Assembly (NCBI GenBank): GCA_009692115.1
Contig: SHZU01000001.1
Coordinates: 324,345 to 388,344 of the forward strand
Length of the DNA: 64,000 nt
Source of the DNA: Gemmatimonadota bacterium
GTDB taxonomy: Bacteria; Gemmatimonadota; Gemmatimonadetes; Gemmatimonadales; GWC2-71-9
Direction: 5' to 3'
The position numbers and the translations under genes are program-made. Positions 26,225-35,336 of this stretch are shown here, piece after piece. The notes beneath the pieces were generated by a model. That model did no database searches. It saw only the letters and a list, made by a program, of their open reading frames with translations, and was not told where the DNA came from. How positions within the stretch are numbered: position 1 is the stretch's first letter; each line of letters starts with the position of its first letter.

Positions 26225-27644
26225 AAATCAACATCCCGGCGATGGCGGCTGAGATGAAATTGGCCAAGGTACCGGCCAACATGGCCCGGAGGCCTAGTTT
26301 CGCTAACTCGCCCTTGCGTTCCGGCACCAGGGCCCCGATCCCGCCGAGTTGAATCCCAATTGAGCTGAAATTGGCGAATCCCGCCAGCGCGAACGAGGCG
26401 ATGGTGAAGGAACGCGGGTCGAGGCTTGCCTTCAGCGGGCCGAGTTCGGCGAAGGCGATGAACTCATTGAGGACAGCCCGGGTCCCGAGGAGCCCCCCGA
26501 CGACGCCGCTGTCCTGCCAGGGCACGCCCAGGACCCAGGCCACCGGACGCCCCACCCAGGCCAACACCGACTGGAGATTCTCGGGGAAGAACGGGAGCCA
26601 GCCGTGAATCAGCCCCATGGCACCGTTGGCCAAGGCCACGAGGGCCACGAACGACACCAGCATCGCGATCACGTTCAGCATTAGATGGAGGCCCTCGCCG
26701 GTACCTCGGGCGGCGGCATCGATCACATTGACGTCGGTTTTCGGAAGGTCGAGCTTGACTCGTCCGAAGGTTTCCGGCGTTCCGGTTTCCGGCTCGAACA
26801 GCTTGGCCAGCATGATCGTGCCGGGTGCGGTCATGATCACCGCGGCCAGCAGGTGACGGGCCTCGACACCAAACGCGATGTAGGCGACCATGATCGAGCC
26901 CGAAACATGGGCCATCCCGGAGGTCATGACCGTCATCAGTTCCGATCTGGTCATCCTCGGGAGAAAGGGCCGGATGGTGAGGGGCGCTTCGGTTTGTCCC
27001 ATGAAGATCGAGGCGCCCACGTTGAGGCTTTCCGCCCCGCTGGCGCCCATGGTCTTGCTCATCACCACCGCGAAGCCCCGGACCACGACCTGCATGATCC
27101 CGAGGTAGTACATGACGGCGAACAGGGCCGAGACGAAAATGATGGCCGGCAGGATCTGGAAGGCGAAGATCATCCCGAGGCTGGAATTGGCCTTGCCGAG
27201 TTCCCCGAAGACGAACGCCGATCCGATGTAGGAGTAGTGAAGCACCGCGGTGACCGACTCGCCGAGACGTTTGAAGACCTCCTGCCCAATCGGGACCCGC
27301 AAGACGAAGATGGCAAACACCACCTGGAGGCCAAGTCCCCACGCCACCACGTTCCAGCGGATGGCCCGCCGGTTGCTCGACAGGAGATAGCCGGTCCCGA
27401 TGATGAGGACGATGCCGAGGAGACCACGGAACCGGGTCAGGAGCGGCGTCGGGGCGGCCACCGGAACCGGAACGGCGGCCTGGGTGGTCACCGCGGCCGG
27501 CCCGCTGTCGACGCCCGGCGTGGCCTGGCCCACCAAGGTGCCGATCGCCCGTCCTGCCGCCCCGGGGAGGGCCCACGAACCAACCACCGCGAGGGCAAGC
27601 AGTGCGATCGCGAGCCCCGTTCTCCTCAGCCGTCCACCGTCCAT
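26223..27644 (-). CDS. nupC: NupC/CNT-family concentrative nucleoside transporter with ~70-aa N-terminal extension
   Basis: FRGLLGIVLIIGTGYLLSSNRRAIRWNVVAWGLGLQVVFAIFVL..., FGELG, ...MGQTEAPL..., MAHVSGS. The start ATG 27644 is uncertain. Confidence 0.85.
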   Translation of the reverse strand: MDGGRLRRTGLAIALLALAVVGSWALPGAAGRAIGTLVGQATPGVDSGPAAVTTQAAVPVPVAAPTPLLTRFRGLLGIVLIIGTGYLLSSNRRAIRWNVVAWGLGLQVVFAIFVLRVPIGQEVFKRLGESVTAVLHYSYIGSAFVFGELGKANSSLGMIFAFQILPAIIFVSALFAVMYYLGIMQVVVRGFAVVMSKTMGASGAESLNVGASIFMGQTEAPLTIRPFLPRMTRSELMTVMTSGMAHVSGSIMVAYIAFGVEARHLLAAVIMTAPGTIMLAKLFEPETGTPETFGRVKLDLPKTDVNVIDAAARGTGEGLHLMLNVIAMLVSFVALVALANGAMGLIHGWLPFFPENLQSVLAWVGRPVAWVLGVPWQDSGVVGGLLGTRAVLNEFIAFAELGPLKASLDPRSFTIASFALAGFANFSSIGIQLGGIGALVPERKGELAKLGLRAMLAGTLANFISAAIAGMLI

Positions 27645-27673
27645 TGTGCGCTCCTGCCGATTAAGTTGGGTGC

Positions 27674-29152
27674 GTGTCTTCGATTGACCTGATCGTCGTC
27701 GTAGTCTATCTCACCGGGTCGATTGCGATCGGGTTGTGGACCGCCCGGTCTCAATCGTCCGCCAGCGACTACTTCCTGGGTGCCCGCGATCTTCCCGCGT
27801 GGGCCATTCTGCTCTCCATCGTCGCGACCGAAACATCGGCCCTCACCGTCATTTCGATTCCGGGGGTCGGGGCCCGGGGCAACCTCGCCTTCCTCCAGCT
27901 TACCTTCGGTTACCTGTTGGGGCGAATCTTGGTCGCTTCGTGGCTGCTCCCCGGCTACTTCCGAGGGGAGCAGGAGACCGCCTACCAGCGAATCGAGAAC
28001 CGGTTCGGGGTCCGGACTCGCCGGATCACGTCGCTGGTATTCTTGGTGACCCGGGCCCTCGGCGATGCGGTCCGGGTCTTCGCGAGTGCCATCCCGATGG
28101 CGTTGGTGACTGGCTGGAGTGTCCCGACGTCGGTATTGGCCATCGGCATTATCACAATGATCTACACTTGGTTCGGCGGGTTCAAGGCAGTCGTCTGGAC
28201 CGACGTGCTCCAGTTGACGGTGTACGTCGCCGGCGGAATCGGCGCCCTCTGGGTGGCGTGGGGCCTGGCCGGAGGGCCGGGAGCGGCCCTTTCCGCGGCG
28301 GCGGCGGCCGGCAAGCTCCAGGTGTTCGACCTGTCGCTCAACCTCACGTCGACCTATACCCTGCTTGGGGGATTGGTGGGTGGGGCCTTGTTGTCGGCGG
28401 CGTCCCATGGAACCGACCACTTGATCGTCCAGCGCCTCCTCGCCTCCCGGTCGCTGGCGGCGGCCCGCACCGCGTTGATCGGCTCGGGGGTCGTGGTCAT
28501 CCTGCAATTCACGCTGTTCCTGTTGATCGGGAGCGCGCTCTGGGCGGCCAACCTCGCTCCCCCCGACCGGCCGGCGGACCAGCTCTTTCCGATGTTCGTG
28601 CTGACCCATCTTCCGCCGGGCCTGGGCGGCCTCGTCATTGCCGGCATTCTCGCCGCCGCCATGGGAACCCACAGTTCCGCCATCAACTCGATGGCCTCCT
28701 CGGCCACCCACGACCTCTACGCCGGCTGGACCGGTCGGCGGGACCCGGGCCACCTGTTGAAGATCGGGAAGCTCTTCTCGGCGGCCTGGGGGGTGATCCT
28801 GATGCTCGGCGCCCTGTTCTTTCATCGCTTCACGAGCCAGAATGATTCTCCGGTCGTGGTGCTGGCGCTCTCGATTGCTTCGATCACCTACGGGGCCCTA
28901 CTCGGCACCTATGTCCTGGCCAGCGTGAACGCCCGAGCGAAGGCTCGGGACGTGATCACCGCACTCGTCTTCACGGTGGTGGTCATGTTGGTGGTCGTGT
29001 TTGCGAAGCCGATTGCCGCCACCTTCGCGCTCGATTGGCTGGCGCCGGTTGGCCGGCTGGCGTGGCCCTGGTACGTCCCCCTCGGCACCGTCCTCACCGT
29101 CGGGGTCGGGTACCTGATGAGTCGGCTTCCGGAGCCTGCTCGGCCCGCGTGA
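27674..29152 (+). CDS. Sodium:solute symporter (SSS) family transporter
   Basis: GTG 27674. YFLGARDLPAWAILLSIVATETSALTVISIPG and 13-14 predicted helices. Confidence 0.85.
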   Translation: MSSIDLIVVVVYLTGSIAIGLWTARSQSSASDYFLGARDLPAWAILLSIVATETSALTVISIPGVGARGNLAFLQLTFGYLLGRILVASWLLPGYFRGEQETAYQRIENRFGVRTRRITSLVFLVTRALGDAVRVFASAIPMALVTGWSVPTSVLAIGIITMIYTWFGGFKAVVWTDVLQLTVYVAGGIGALWVAWGLAGGPGAALSAAAAAGKLQVFDLSLNLTSTYTLLGGLVGGALLSAASHGTDHLIVQRLLASRSLAAARTALIGSGVVVILQFTLFLLIGSALWAANLAPPDRPADQLFPMFVLTHLPPGLGGLVIAGILAAAMGTHSSAINSMASSATHDLYAGWTGRRDPGHLLKIGKLFSAAWGVILMLGALFFHRFTSQNDSPVVVLALSIASITYGALLGTYVLASVNARAKARDVITALVFTVVVMLVVVFAKPIAATFALDWLAPVGRLAWPWYVPLGTVLTVGVGYLMSRLPEPARPA

Positions 29153-30435
29153 CGGTTACCCCCGCGCCGGCCCCGCCGATCCTCGACGACGCCACCCGGA
29201 AACGGCAGCTCACTCAGATGAAGCGCCGAGCATCGGGGCTCCTGGTGGTCGCCGCGGTGGTGTTCGTTCTGGCCGGGTACTTTCACGACCTTGGCACCTG
29301 GGTCGGCTATGTCCGGGCCACGGCGGAGGCCGCTCTGATTGGCGGCTTGGCGGACTGGTTCGCCGTCACTGCCTTGTTCCGTCACCCCCTCGGGATCCCG
29401 ATTCCCCACACCGCCATCATCATGGTGCAGAAAGACCGCCTGGGCCGGACGTTAGGCAATTTCGTCCAACATCACTTCCTGTCCCGCGAGGTCCTGGCCG
29501 ACCGGCTCAAGTCGTGGAACGTGTCGGCCGGTTTGGCGCGCTGGCTCTCCGAACCCGCCAACGCCCGGCAGATCGCGAAGCAAGTGGCGGCGGGGTTTGC
29601 CAAGACGGTGGACGCCCTGCCCGAAGCCCAGCTCAAGGGACTGGTCCATGCCGGGATCGTGGCCCGGATCCGGACCACCCAAGTGGCCCCGGTCCTCGGC
29701 CAGGCACTCAAGCTGGTCAGGGCCGGGAACAAGCACCAAGAATTGTTGAGCGAGGCGGTCAAGATCGCGGCCACCGCCGTCGACCAGAACCGCGACACCA
29801 TTCGGGACCGGGTCAAGACCCAGAGTCCGTGGTGGATCCCCGGGATGGTCGACGACAAGATTTATCGGAAGATTCTCACGACCATCGAGGAAATGCTCCG
29901 GGCCGTTGGTGCCGATCTGGGGCACCCGCTCCGGGCCAAGTTCGACCAAGCCTTCGAACAATTCGTCGACCGCCTCCAACACTCGCCCGAGGCAATCGCC
30001 AAGGCGGAGGCCCTCAAGGAGCAATGGCTCGCCGACCCCGTGATGGAGGAATTCACCACCTCGATCTACGACTACCTCCGCCACGAGGCGCTCCGGGCGG
30101 CGGCCAAGACCGACCACGAAGAATCCGAGACCGGCAACCCGGGGGCCATCGAGCAGGGTATCACCGCTTTCGGCCGGTCCCTGGCCGGGAACCCGGAGCT
30201 GCTCGCCAAGGTCGACGAGTTCATCCTCGAGCAGGCGCTGGTGGTAGTGGAGCAATATCGTGGCGCGGTGGCCGACCTGATCGCGACGACGGTGGCCAAG
30301 TGGGATCCCCAGGTCATGTCGCAGCGGATCGAGTTGGCGATCGGGAGGGACCTCCAGTTTATCCGGATCAACGGAACCCTGGTCGGGGGATTGCTCGGCT
30401 TGGCGATTTACACCGTAACCCGGCTGCTCGAGTAG
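29149..30435 (+). CDS. DUF445-family membrane protein
   Basis: GLADWFAVTALFRHPLGIPIPHTAII is the DUF445 signature; C-terminal INGTLVGGLLGLAIY. The GTG 29149 start (GTGA overlap with the SSS stop) is inferred; a later ATG (MKRRASG) is possible. Confidence 0.75.
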   Translation: MTVTPAPAPPILDDATRKRQLTQMKRRASGLLVVAAVVFVLAGYFHDLGTWVGYVRATAEAALIGGLADWFAVTALFRHPLGIPIPHTAIIMVQKDRLGRTLGNFVQHHFLSREVLADRLKSWNVSAGLARWLSEPANARQIAKQVAAGFAKTVDALPEAQLKGLVHAGIVARIRTTQVAPVLGQALKLVRAGNKHQELLSEAVKIAATAVDQNRDTIRDRVKTQSPWWIPGMVDDKIYRKILTTIEEMLRAVGADLGHPLRAKFDQAFEQFVDRLQHSPEAIAKAEALKEQWLADPVMEEFTTSIYDYLRHEALRAAAKTDHEESETGNPGAIEQGITAFGRSLAGNPELLAKVDEFILEQALVVVEQYRGAVADLIATTVAKWDPQVMSQRIELAIGRDLQFIRINGTLVGGLLGLAIYTVTRLLE

Positions 30436-30449
30436 TCTTCAAAACAAAC

Positions 30450-30477
30450 GGGGCAGCCGGTCAACACCGGCTGCCCC
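30450..30477 (-). terminator. Intrinsic terminator of the APC permease gene (minus strand)
   Basis: Perfect 11-bp stem GGGGCAGCCGG/CCGGCTGCCCC, 6-nt loop. On the minus strand it is followed by GTTTGTTTTGAAG. Confidence 0.6.
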
Positions 30478-30499
30478 GCTCCGAACCAAGCCCGCCGGC

Positions 30500-31942
30500 C
30501 TAGGCCTTCTTTTTGGCCAGATTCGAGTGACTCCAGCCATAGACGAAATAGATCACCAATCCAATCGCCAGCCAGATGAAGAGCCGTTCCCAGGTCCGCC
30601 ACGGCAGGGCGGACATCAGGTAGAAGCAGAAGATCATTCCCGCCGGCGCCGTCAACCAGACGAACGGGGTCTTGAACGGCCGGTGCAGGTTCGGCTCGCG
30701 GTACCGCAGCACCATCACCGCGCCGCATACGATGACGAAGGCCAGCAACGTTCCGATCGACACCAGCGACGCGGCCTCGCGCACCGACAGGAACCCGGCC
30801 GGAATCGCGACGAGGACGCCCAGGACGATCTGGGTGATCCACGGGGTCTTGAACTTCGGGTGGATCTTGTTGACCACGGGCGGCAGCAGCCCGTCATTGG
30901 CCATCGACCAGAACACCCGGGACTGGCCCAGCAGTTGTACGAGAATGACCGACGAAAGCCCGGCGATCGCTCCGAGTTCGATGACCTGGGTCATCCATCC
31001 CAAGCCGGCGGCCGCCGCCACCTTGGCGATCGGATCCGGGACATCCAGCTGGCCGTAGGGAACGACGCCGGTGGCAATGGCCGAAACCACGATATAGAGA
31101 ACAGTACAGATCAAGAGCGACGCAATGATAGCGATCGGCATGTCGCGCTGAGGGTTCTTGGCTTCCTGCGCCGCCGTACTCACCGCGTCGAATCCGATGT
31201 AGGCGAAGAATACGATCCCTGCTCCGGCCACGATGCCGCTGACGCCGAAGTTCTCCCGGAGGCCGGTGTTGGCCGGAATGAACGGCTGCCAATTGGCGGC
31301 CTGAATGCCCTTCCACGCGAAGGCAATGAAGAGAAGAACGACGGCAACCTTGATGACCACGATGATGTCGTTGACCCGCGCCGACTCCTTGATGCCGCGA
31401 ACCAACAGCGCCGTGACCGCCAAGACCACCAAGACGGCCGGGAGGTTGAACAGGGCCGTCACCGTGCTCCCGTCCGCCATCGTGACCTGGGTTCCAGCGG
31501 CGGCGGACAGCGTTGCGGGAATGTGAATGCCGATATGGCTCAGGAACGACACCACGTAGCCCGACCAGCCCACCGCCACCGTCGTCGCCGACAAAGCGTA
31601 CTCGAGCACCAAGTCCCACCCGATGATCCAGGCGAACATCTCACCCAGGGTGGCGTAGCCGTAGGTGTAGGCGCTTCCGGCGATCGGGACCAACGCGGCA
31701 AACTCGGAATAGCAAAGGGCCGCCAGAATCGCCGCGGTGCCTGCGAGCACGAACGAGAGCACGACCGCGGGGCCGGCGTTTTGGGCCGCCACGGTACCGG
31801 TGAGCACGAAGATCCCGGTCCCGATGATCGCCCCGATCCCGAGCAGGGTCAGACTCAGCGGTCCGAGCTCGCGCTTGAGCCCGGTCTCACTGGCCGCCTC
31901 GGCCTGAAGGTCGACAATCAACTTCCGTCGGAAAAGCGACAT
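30500..31942 (-). CDS. APC-superfamily amino acid permease (CAT/YfnA-like), paralogue 1
   Basis: GLKRELGPLSLTLLGIGAIIGTGIFVLTG..., CYSEFAALVPIAGSAYTYGYATLGE..., FFAYIGFDAVSTAAQEAKNPQRDMP. Confidence 0.9.
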   Translation of the reverse strand: MSLFRRKLIVDLQAEAASETGLKRELGPLSLTLLGIGAIIGTGIFVLTGTVAAQNAGPAVVLSFVLAGTAAILAALCYSEFAALVPIAGSAYTYGYATLGEMFAWIIGWDLVLEYALSATTVAVGWSGYVVSFLSHIGIHIPATLSAAAGTQVTMADGSTVTALFNLPAVLVVLAVTALLVRGIKESARVNDIIVVIKVAVVLLFIAFAWKGIQAANWQPFIPANTGLRENFGVSGIVAGAGIVFFAYIGFDAVSTAAQEAKNPQRDMPIAIIASLLICTVLYIVVSAIATGVVPYGQLDVPDPIAKVAAAAGLGWMTQVIELGAIAGLSSVILVQLLGQSRVFWSMANDGLLPPVVNKIHPKFKTPWITQIVLGVLVAIPAGFLSVREAASLVSIGTLLAFVIVCGAVMVLRYREPNLHRPFKTPFVWLTAPAGMIFCFYLMSALPWRTWERLFIWLAIGLVIYFVYGWSHSNLAKKKA

Positions 31943-31973
31943 GGTTTAACCTAGCCCTTTCGAGTGAGTGACG

Positions 31974-33380
31974 TTACAGCGTTTTGAGTTCCGCAACCAA
32001 CTTGGCGAGAGACGCTTTCGCGTCGCCGAAGAGCATGGAGGTCTTGGGGTCATAAAACAGATCATTCTCAATGCCGGCAAAGCCGGTCCCCATGCCGCGC
32101 TTCATCACGATGATCGACTTGGCATGGTCGACATTGAGGATCGGCATCCCGAAGATCGGACTCGACGGATCGGACCGCGCCGCCGGATTGACCACGTCGT
32201 TGGCCCCGACGACCAGGGCCACGTCGGTTCGGCTAAAGTCGGCGTTGATCTCCTCCATGTCGCACAACTTGTCGTACGGCACTTCCGCTTCGGCCAGCAG
32301 GACGTTCATATGCCCCGGCATCCGGCCGGCCACCGGGTGGACCGCATAGCGGACCTGGCCGCCCTTCTTCTCGATCAAGTCGGCCATTTCCCGGATCAAG
32401 TGCTGGGCCCGGGCCACGGCGAGCCCGTAGCCTGGGACCACAATGACGTTACCGGCGTACGCCAACCTGACCGCCGCGTCCTCGATCGACACTTCGCGAA
32501 CGGAGAGCCCCTCGGCGCTCTTCGAGGACGCGACCGTGCCGCCGAAGGCGCCGAACAGCACGTTGGAGAACGACCGGTTCATCGCCTTGCACATCAACAC
32601 CGAAAGCAGGAACCCCGACGCTCCATCGAGGGCGCCGACGACGATCAACAGGTTGTTGTTGAGCGCGAAGCCCATCGCCGACGCCGCGAGTCCCGCGTAG
32701 GCATTGAGGAGCGAGACGACCACCGGCATGTCGGCCCCGCCGATTGGCAGCACCATCAGGACACCGATCAGCGCGGCGGCGGCGAGCATGACGAAGAACA
32801 GAACCGGCTGGCCGGGAACGAATAGTTGATAAACGAGCAGACCGACCGTGAGGAGGAACAGCGTGATGTTCCCATAGTTCTGTCCCGGGTAGGTGATCGG
32901 TTTCCCCCCGATCAATTCCTGGAGTTTCGCGAAAGCCATAAAGCTACCGGTAACGGTCAGCGCCCCGAGAATCACCTCGAAGCCGAGGGCCGTCATGACG
33001 AACGTAGAGGGCCGGGTGGCCATCGCGAAGTATTCGTCGACGCCGACGAGCGTGGCGGCCACCGCGCCGAACAAATGGGAGATCGCAACGAACTGGGGCA
33101 TCGCCGTCATCGGGATGTCGACCCCGAGCGGCAGGCCGATCACGACCCCGACAATGGACCCCACGGCGAGCCCGGCGATGATCCAGTCGAAGCGAACGAT
33201 GTCGTGGTGCATCAGCGTCCCGATGACTGCCAGCAGCATCGCCAGCATGGCCTGCCGCATCCCGTTGCGGGCTTTGGCCGGATCCGATAACCCCCGAAGA
33301 CCAAGAATGAAAAGAACGGATGAAGCAAGGTAGGCGGTTTGAATCAGGGCTTCCCGAACATCCCCACTCGGCTCGGTCAT
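31974..33380 (-). CDS. pntB: NAD(P) transhydrogenase subunit beta
   Basis: 468 aa. YLASSVLFILGLRGLS..., C-terminal dIII: VVPGYGLAVARAQH...YAVHPVAGRMPGHMNVLLAEA...VVGANDVVNPAA. Confidence 0.95.
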   Translation of the reverse strand: MTEPSGDVREALIQTAYLASSVLFILGLRGLSDPAKARNGMRQAMLAMLLAVIGTLMHHDIVRFDWIIAGLAVGSIVGVVIGLPLGVDIPMTAMPQFVAISHLFGAVAATLVGVDEYFAMATRPSTFVMTALGFEVILGALTVTGSFMAFAKLQELIGGKPITYPGQNYGNITLFLLTVGLLVYQLFVPGQPVLFFVMLAAAALIGVLMVLPIGGADMPVVVSLLNAYAGLAASAMGFALNNNLLIVVGALDGASGFLLSVLMCKAMNRSFSNVLFGAFGGTVASSKSAEGLSVREVSIEDAAVRLAYAGNVIVVPGYGLAVARAQHLIREMADLIEKKGGQVRYAVHPVAGRMPGHMNVLLAEAEVPYDKLCDMEEINADFSRTDVALVVGANDVVNPAARSDPSSPIFGMPILNVDHAKSIIVMKRGMGTGFAGIENDLFYDPKTSMLFGDAKASLAKLVAELKTL

Positions 33381-33673
33381 TTCGGAGCCCCAGGCCGCTT
33401 GAACATCTTGAGCATCCGGTCGGTAATCAAGAACCCGCCGACCACGTTGATCGTGGCGCAGGCCACCGCGATCGACCCAAGCAGGTTACTGGCGAATCCG
33501 CGGCCGCTGCCCGCGGCGACCAACGAACCAACCAGCGAAATACCGGTAATCGCGTTGGCCGCCGACATCAGCGGCGTATGAAGCAACGCGGGCACTTTGG
33601 AAACGACCTGAAAGCCGACGAAGCCGGCCAGGACGAATACGTACACCTGCATGAACGCAGTCAAAGTCGCCAT
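33377..33673 (-). CDS. pntAB: NAD(P) transhydrogenase alpha subunit part 2 (membrane piece)
   Basis: 98 aa. VFVLAGFVGFQVVSKVPALLHTPLMSAANAITGISLVGSL... Its stop overlaps the pntB ATG (ATGA 33377-33380). Confidence 0.9.
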   Translation of the reverse strand: MATLTAFMQVYVFVLAGFVGFQVVSKVPALLHTPLMSAANAITGISLVGSLVAAGSGRGFASNLLGSIAVACATINVVGGFLITDRMLKMFKRPGAPK

Positions 33674-33726
33674 AGGTCCAATCGGGACGGTGGAATGATC
33701 TTCGGTGAAGCCGTCGGATCGAAGGC

Positions 33727-33761
33727 TCGTCGGGCCCCCAGGTCATCCAGGGGCCCGACGA
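33727..33761 (-). terminator. Hairpin between permease paralogue 2 and pntAB (terminator or attenuator candidate)
   Basis: Perfect 12-bp stem TCGTCGGGCCCC/GGGGCCCGACGA, 11-nt loop. No U-tract. Confidence 0.35.
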
Positions 33762-33803
33762 ATCTATCGCCAAAACCGGTTTGCGGCACTACCCGTGGTG
33801 CGG

Positions 33804-35300
33804 TTACCGACCGGCGTTGAGCTCCCGCTGCAGCTTACTGTGGTGCCGGCCGTAGAAGAAATAAATCACGATACCGATAGCGAGCCAGACCGCGAGCCGG
33901 AGCCAGGTATCGAATGGCAGCGTCGCCATGAGGCCAAGGCAGCAGAGAATGCCCATGATCGGGACAAACGGGACGAACGGAGTCCGGAAAGGCCGCTCCA
34001 GGTCGGGACGGGTGCGCCGGAGAATCAAAACCCCGCCGCACACCAGCACGAAGGCCAATAAGGTCCCGATGCTGACCAACTCGCCAAGGATCTGGATCGG
34101 CAGGACCCCGGTGAACACCGCGACCGCCGCACCCGTCACGATGGTCGAGAGGTACGGCGTGCGAAACTTGGGATGGATCCGACTAGCCCACGGGCCGAGC
34201 AGGCCGTCGCGGGACATAGAATAGAACACCCGAGTCTGGCCCAGCAACATGACGAGGATCGTCGAACCGAGCCCCACCACGGCACCAATCGTGACGATCG
34301 GCCGGAACCACGCCAGCTGCGGGATCTTCTCGACCACCGTGATCACCGGCGAGGGGACGTTCAGTTCCTTATAGGAGACAAGCCCGGTCAGCACGACCGA
34401 AACCGCCACATAGATGATCGTGCAAATAACCAATGAACCGAGGATGCCGATCGGCATATCACGCTTCGGATTCTTGGCCTCTTGCGCCGCCGTACTGACG
34501 GCGTCAAATCCGATGAACGCGAAGAAGATGAGGCCGGCTCCGCGGAGCACCCCCGACCAACCGAAGAAGCCCCATTCGCCGGTGTTTGGCGGAATGAACG
34601 GTGTCCAGTTTTCGCGGTTGATGTACATGGCACCGAACCCCACGAAGAGGATCAGCACGCCGGCCTTGATGAAGACGATAACGGAATTGAAGTTGGCCGA
34701 TTCCTTGATCCCGATCACCAAAACAGCCGTGATGAACAGGATGATGAAGACGGCCGGCAGGTTGACGATGGCCCCCGTTGCGCTCCATCCCGCCACGGTG
34801 CAACCGGCAGCCCCTGAGACCACTTGGGCCGTGTGACAGAACTTGAGGGGCGCTTGGATCAGCGTGTCGGGAAGATGGATGCCGACGAGATTGAGGAAGC
34901 TGACGAAGGTCGCGGACCAACCCACCCCGACGGTTGCGGCGCCCATGGCGTACTCAAGCATGAGATCCCAACCGATGATCCAGGCAACGAACTCGCCGAG
35001 CGTCGCATAGGAGTAGGTGTAGGCGCTGCCGGCCACCGGAACCGCGCTCGCCATCTCGGCGTAACACAATCCGGCGAACCCGCACCCAATGCCGGCCAGC
35101 ACCATCGAGATCGCCACCCCCGGGCCGGCGTGCAACGCGGACGCCACCCCGGTCAGGACGAAGATGCCGGCACCGATGATGCCGCCGATCCCGAGCGCCA
35201 TGAGATTCAGCGGGCCGAGGGTTCGTTTAAGTCCCGCCTCGCCGGCCGCTTCCGCCTCCGCCTTGAGCGAGGTGATCGACCGAGTGCTCCACAAGCCCAT
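33804..35300 (-). CDS. APC-superfamily amino acid permease (CAT/YfnA-like), paralogue 2
   Basis: GLKRTLGPLNLMALGIGGIIGAGIFVLTG..., FFAFIGFDAVSTAAQEAKNPKRDMP. Clearly paralogous to 30500..31942 along the full length, by eye. Confidence 0.9.
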   Translation of the reverse strand: MGLWSTRSITSLKAEAEAAGEAGLKRTLGPLNLMALGIGGIIGAGIFVLTGVASALHAGPGVAISMVLAGIGCGFAGLCYAEMASAVPVAGSAYTYSYATLGEFVAWIIGWDLMLEYAMGAATVGVGWSATFVSFLNLVGIHLPDTLIQAPLKFCHTAQVVSGAAGCTVAGWSATGAIVNLPAVFIILFITAVLVIGIKESANFNSVIVFIKAGVLILFVGFGAMYINRENWTPFIPPNTGEWGFFGWSGVLRGAGLIFFAFIGFDAVSTAAQEAKNPKRDMPIGILGSLVICTIIYVAVSVVLTGLVSYKELNVPSPVITVVEKIPQLAWFRPIVTIGAVVGLGSTILVMLLGQTRVFYSMSRDGLLGPWASRIHPKFRTPYLSTIVTGAAVAVFTGVLPIQILGELVSIGTLLAFVLVCGGVLILRRTRPDLERPFRTPFVPFVPIMGILCCLGLMATLPFDTWLRLAVWLAIGIVIYFFYGRHHSKLQRELNAGR

Positions 35301-35336
35301 ATTGCCTCCGAATCAAGGGGTGTGGAAAGAGCCCTG

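Noticed and set aside
27626-28825. Long antisense ORFs. Examples: 27626..28825 (399 aa), 40654..42039 (461 aa), 16568..17683 (371 aa), 9083..10384 (433 aa), 35472..36566 (364 aa), 51118..52287 (389 aa).
   Set aside because: Each lies opposite a gene with unmistakable family motifs. Their translations are Arg/Gly/Pro/His/Asp-rich low-complexity strings with no recognisable domains. This is the expected stop-codon-poor antisense frame in high-GC DNA.
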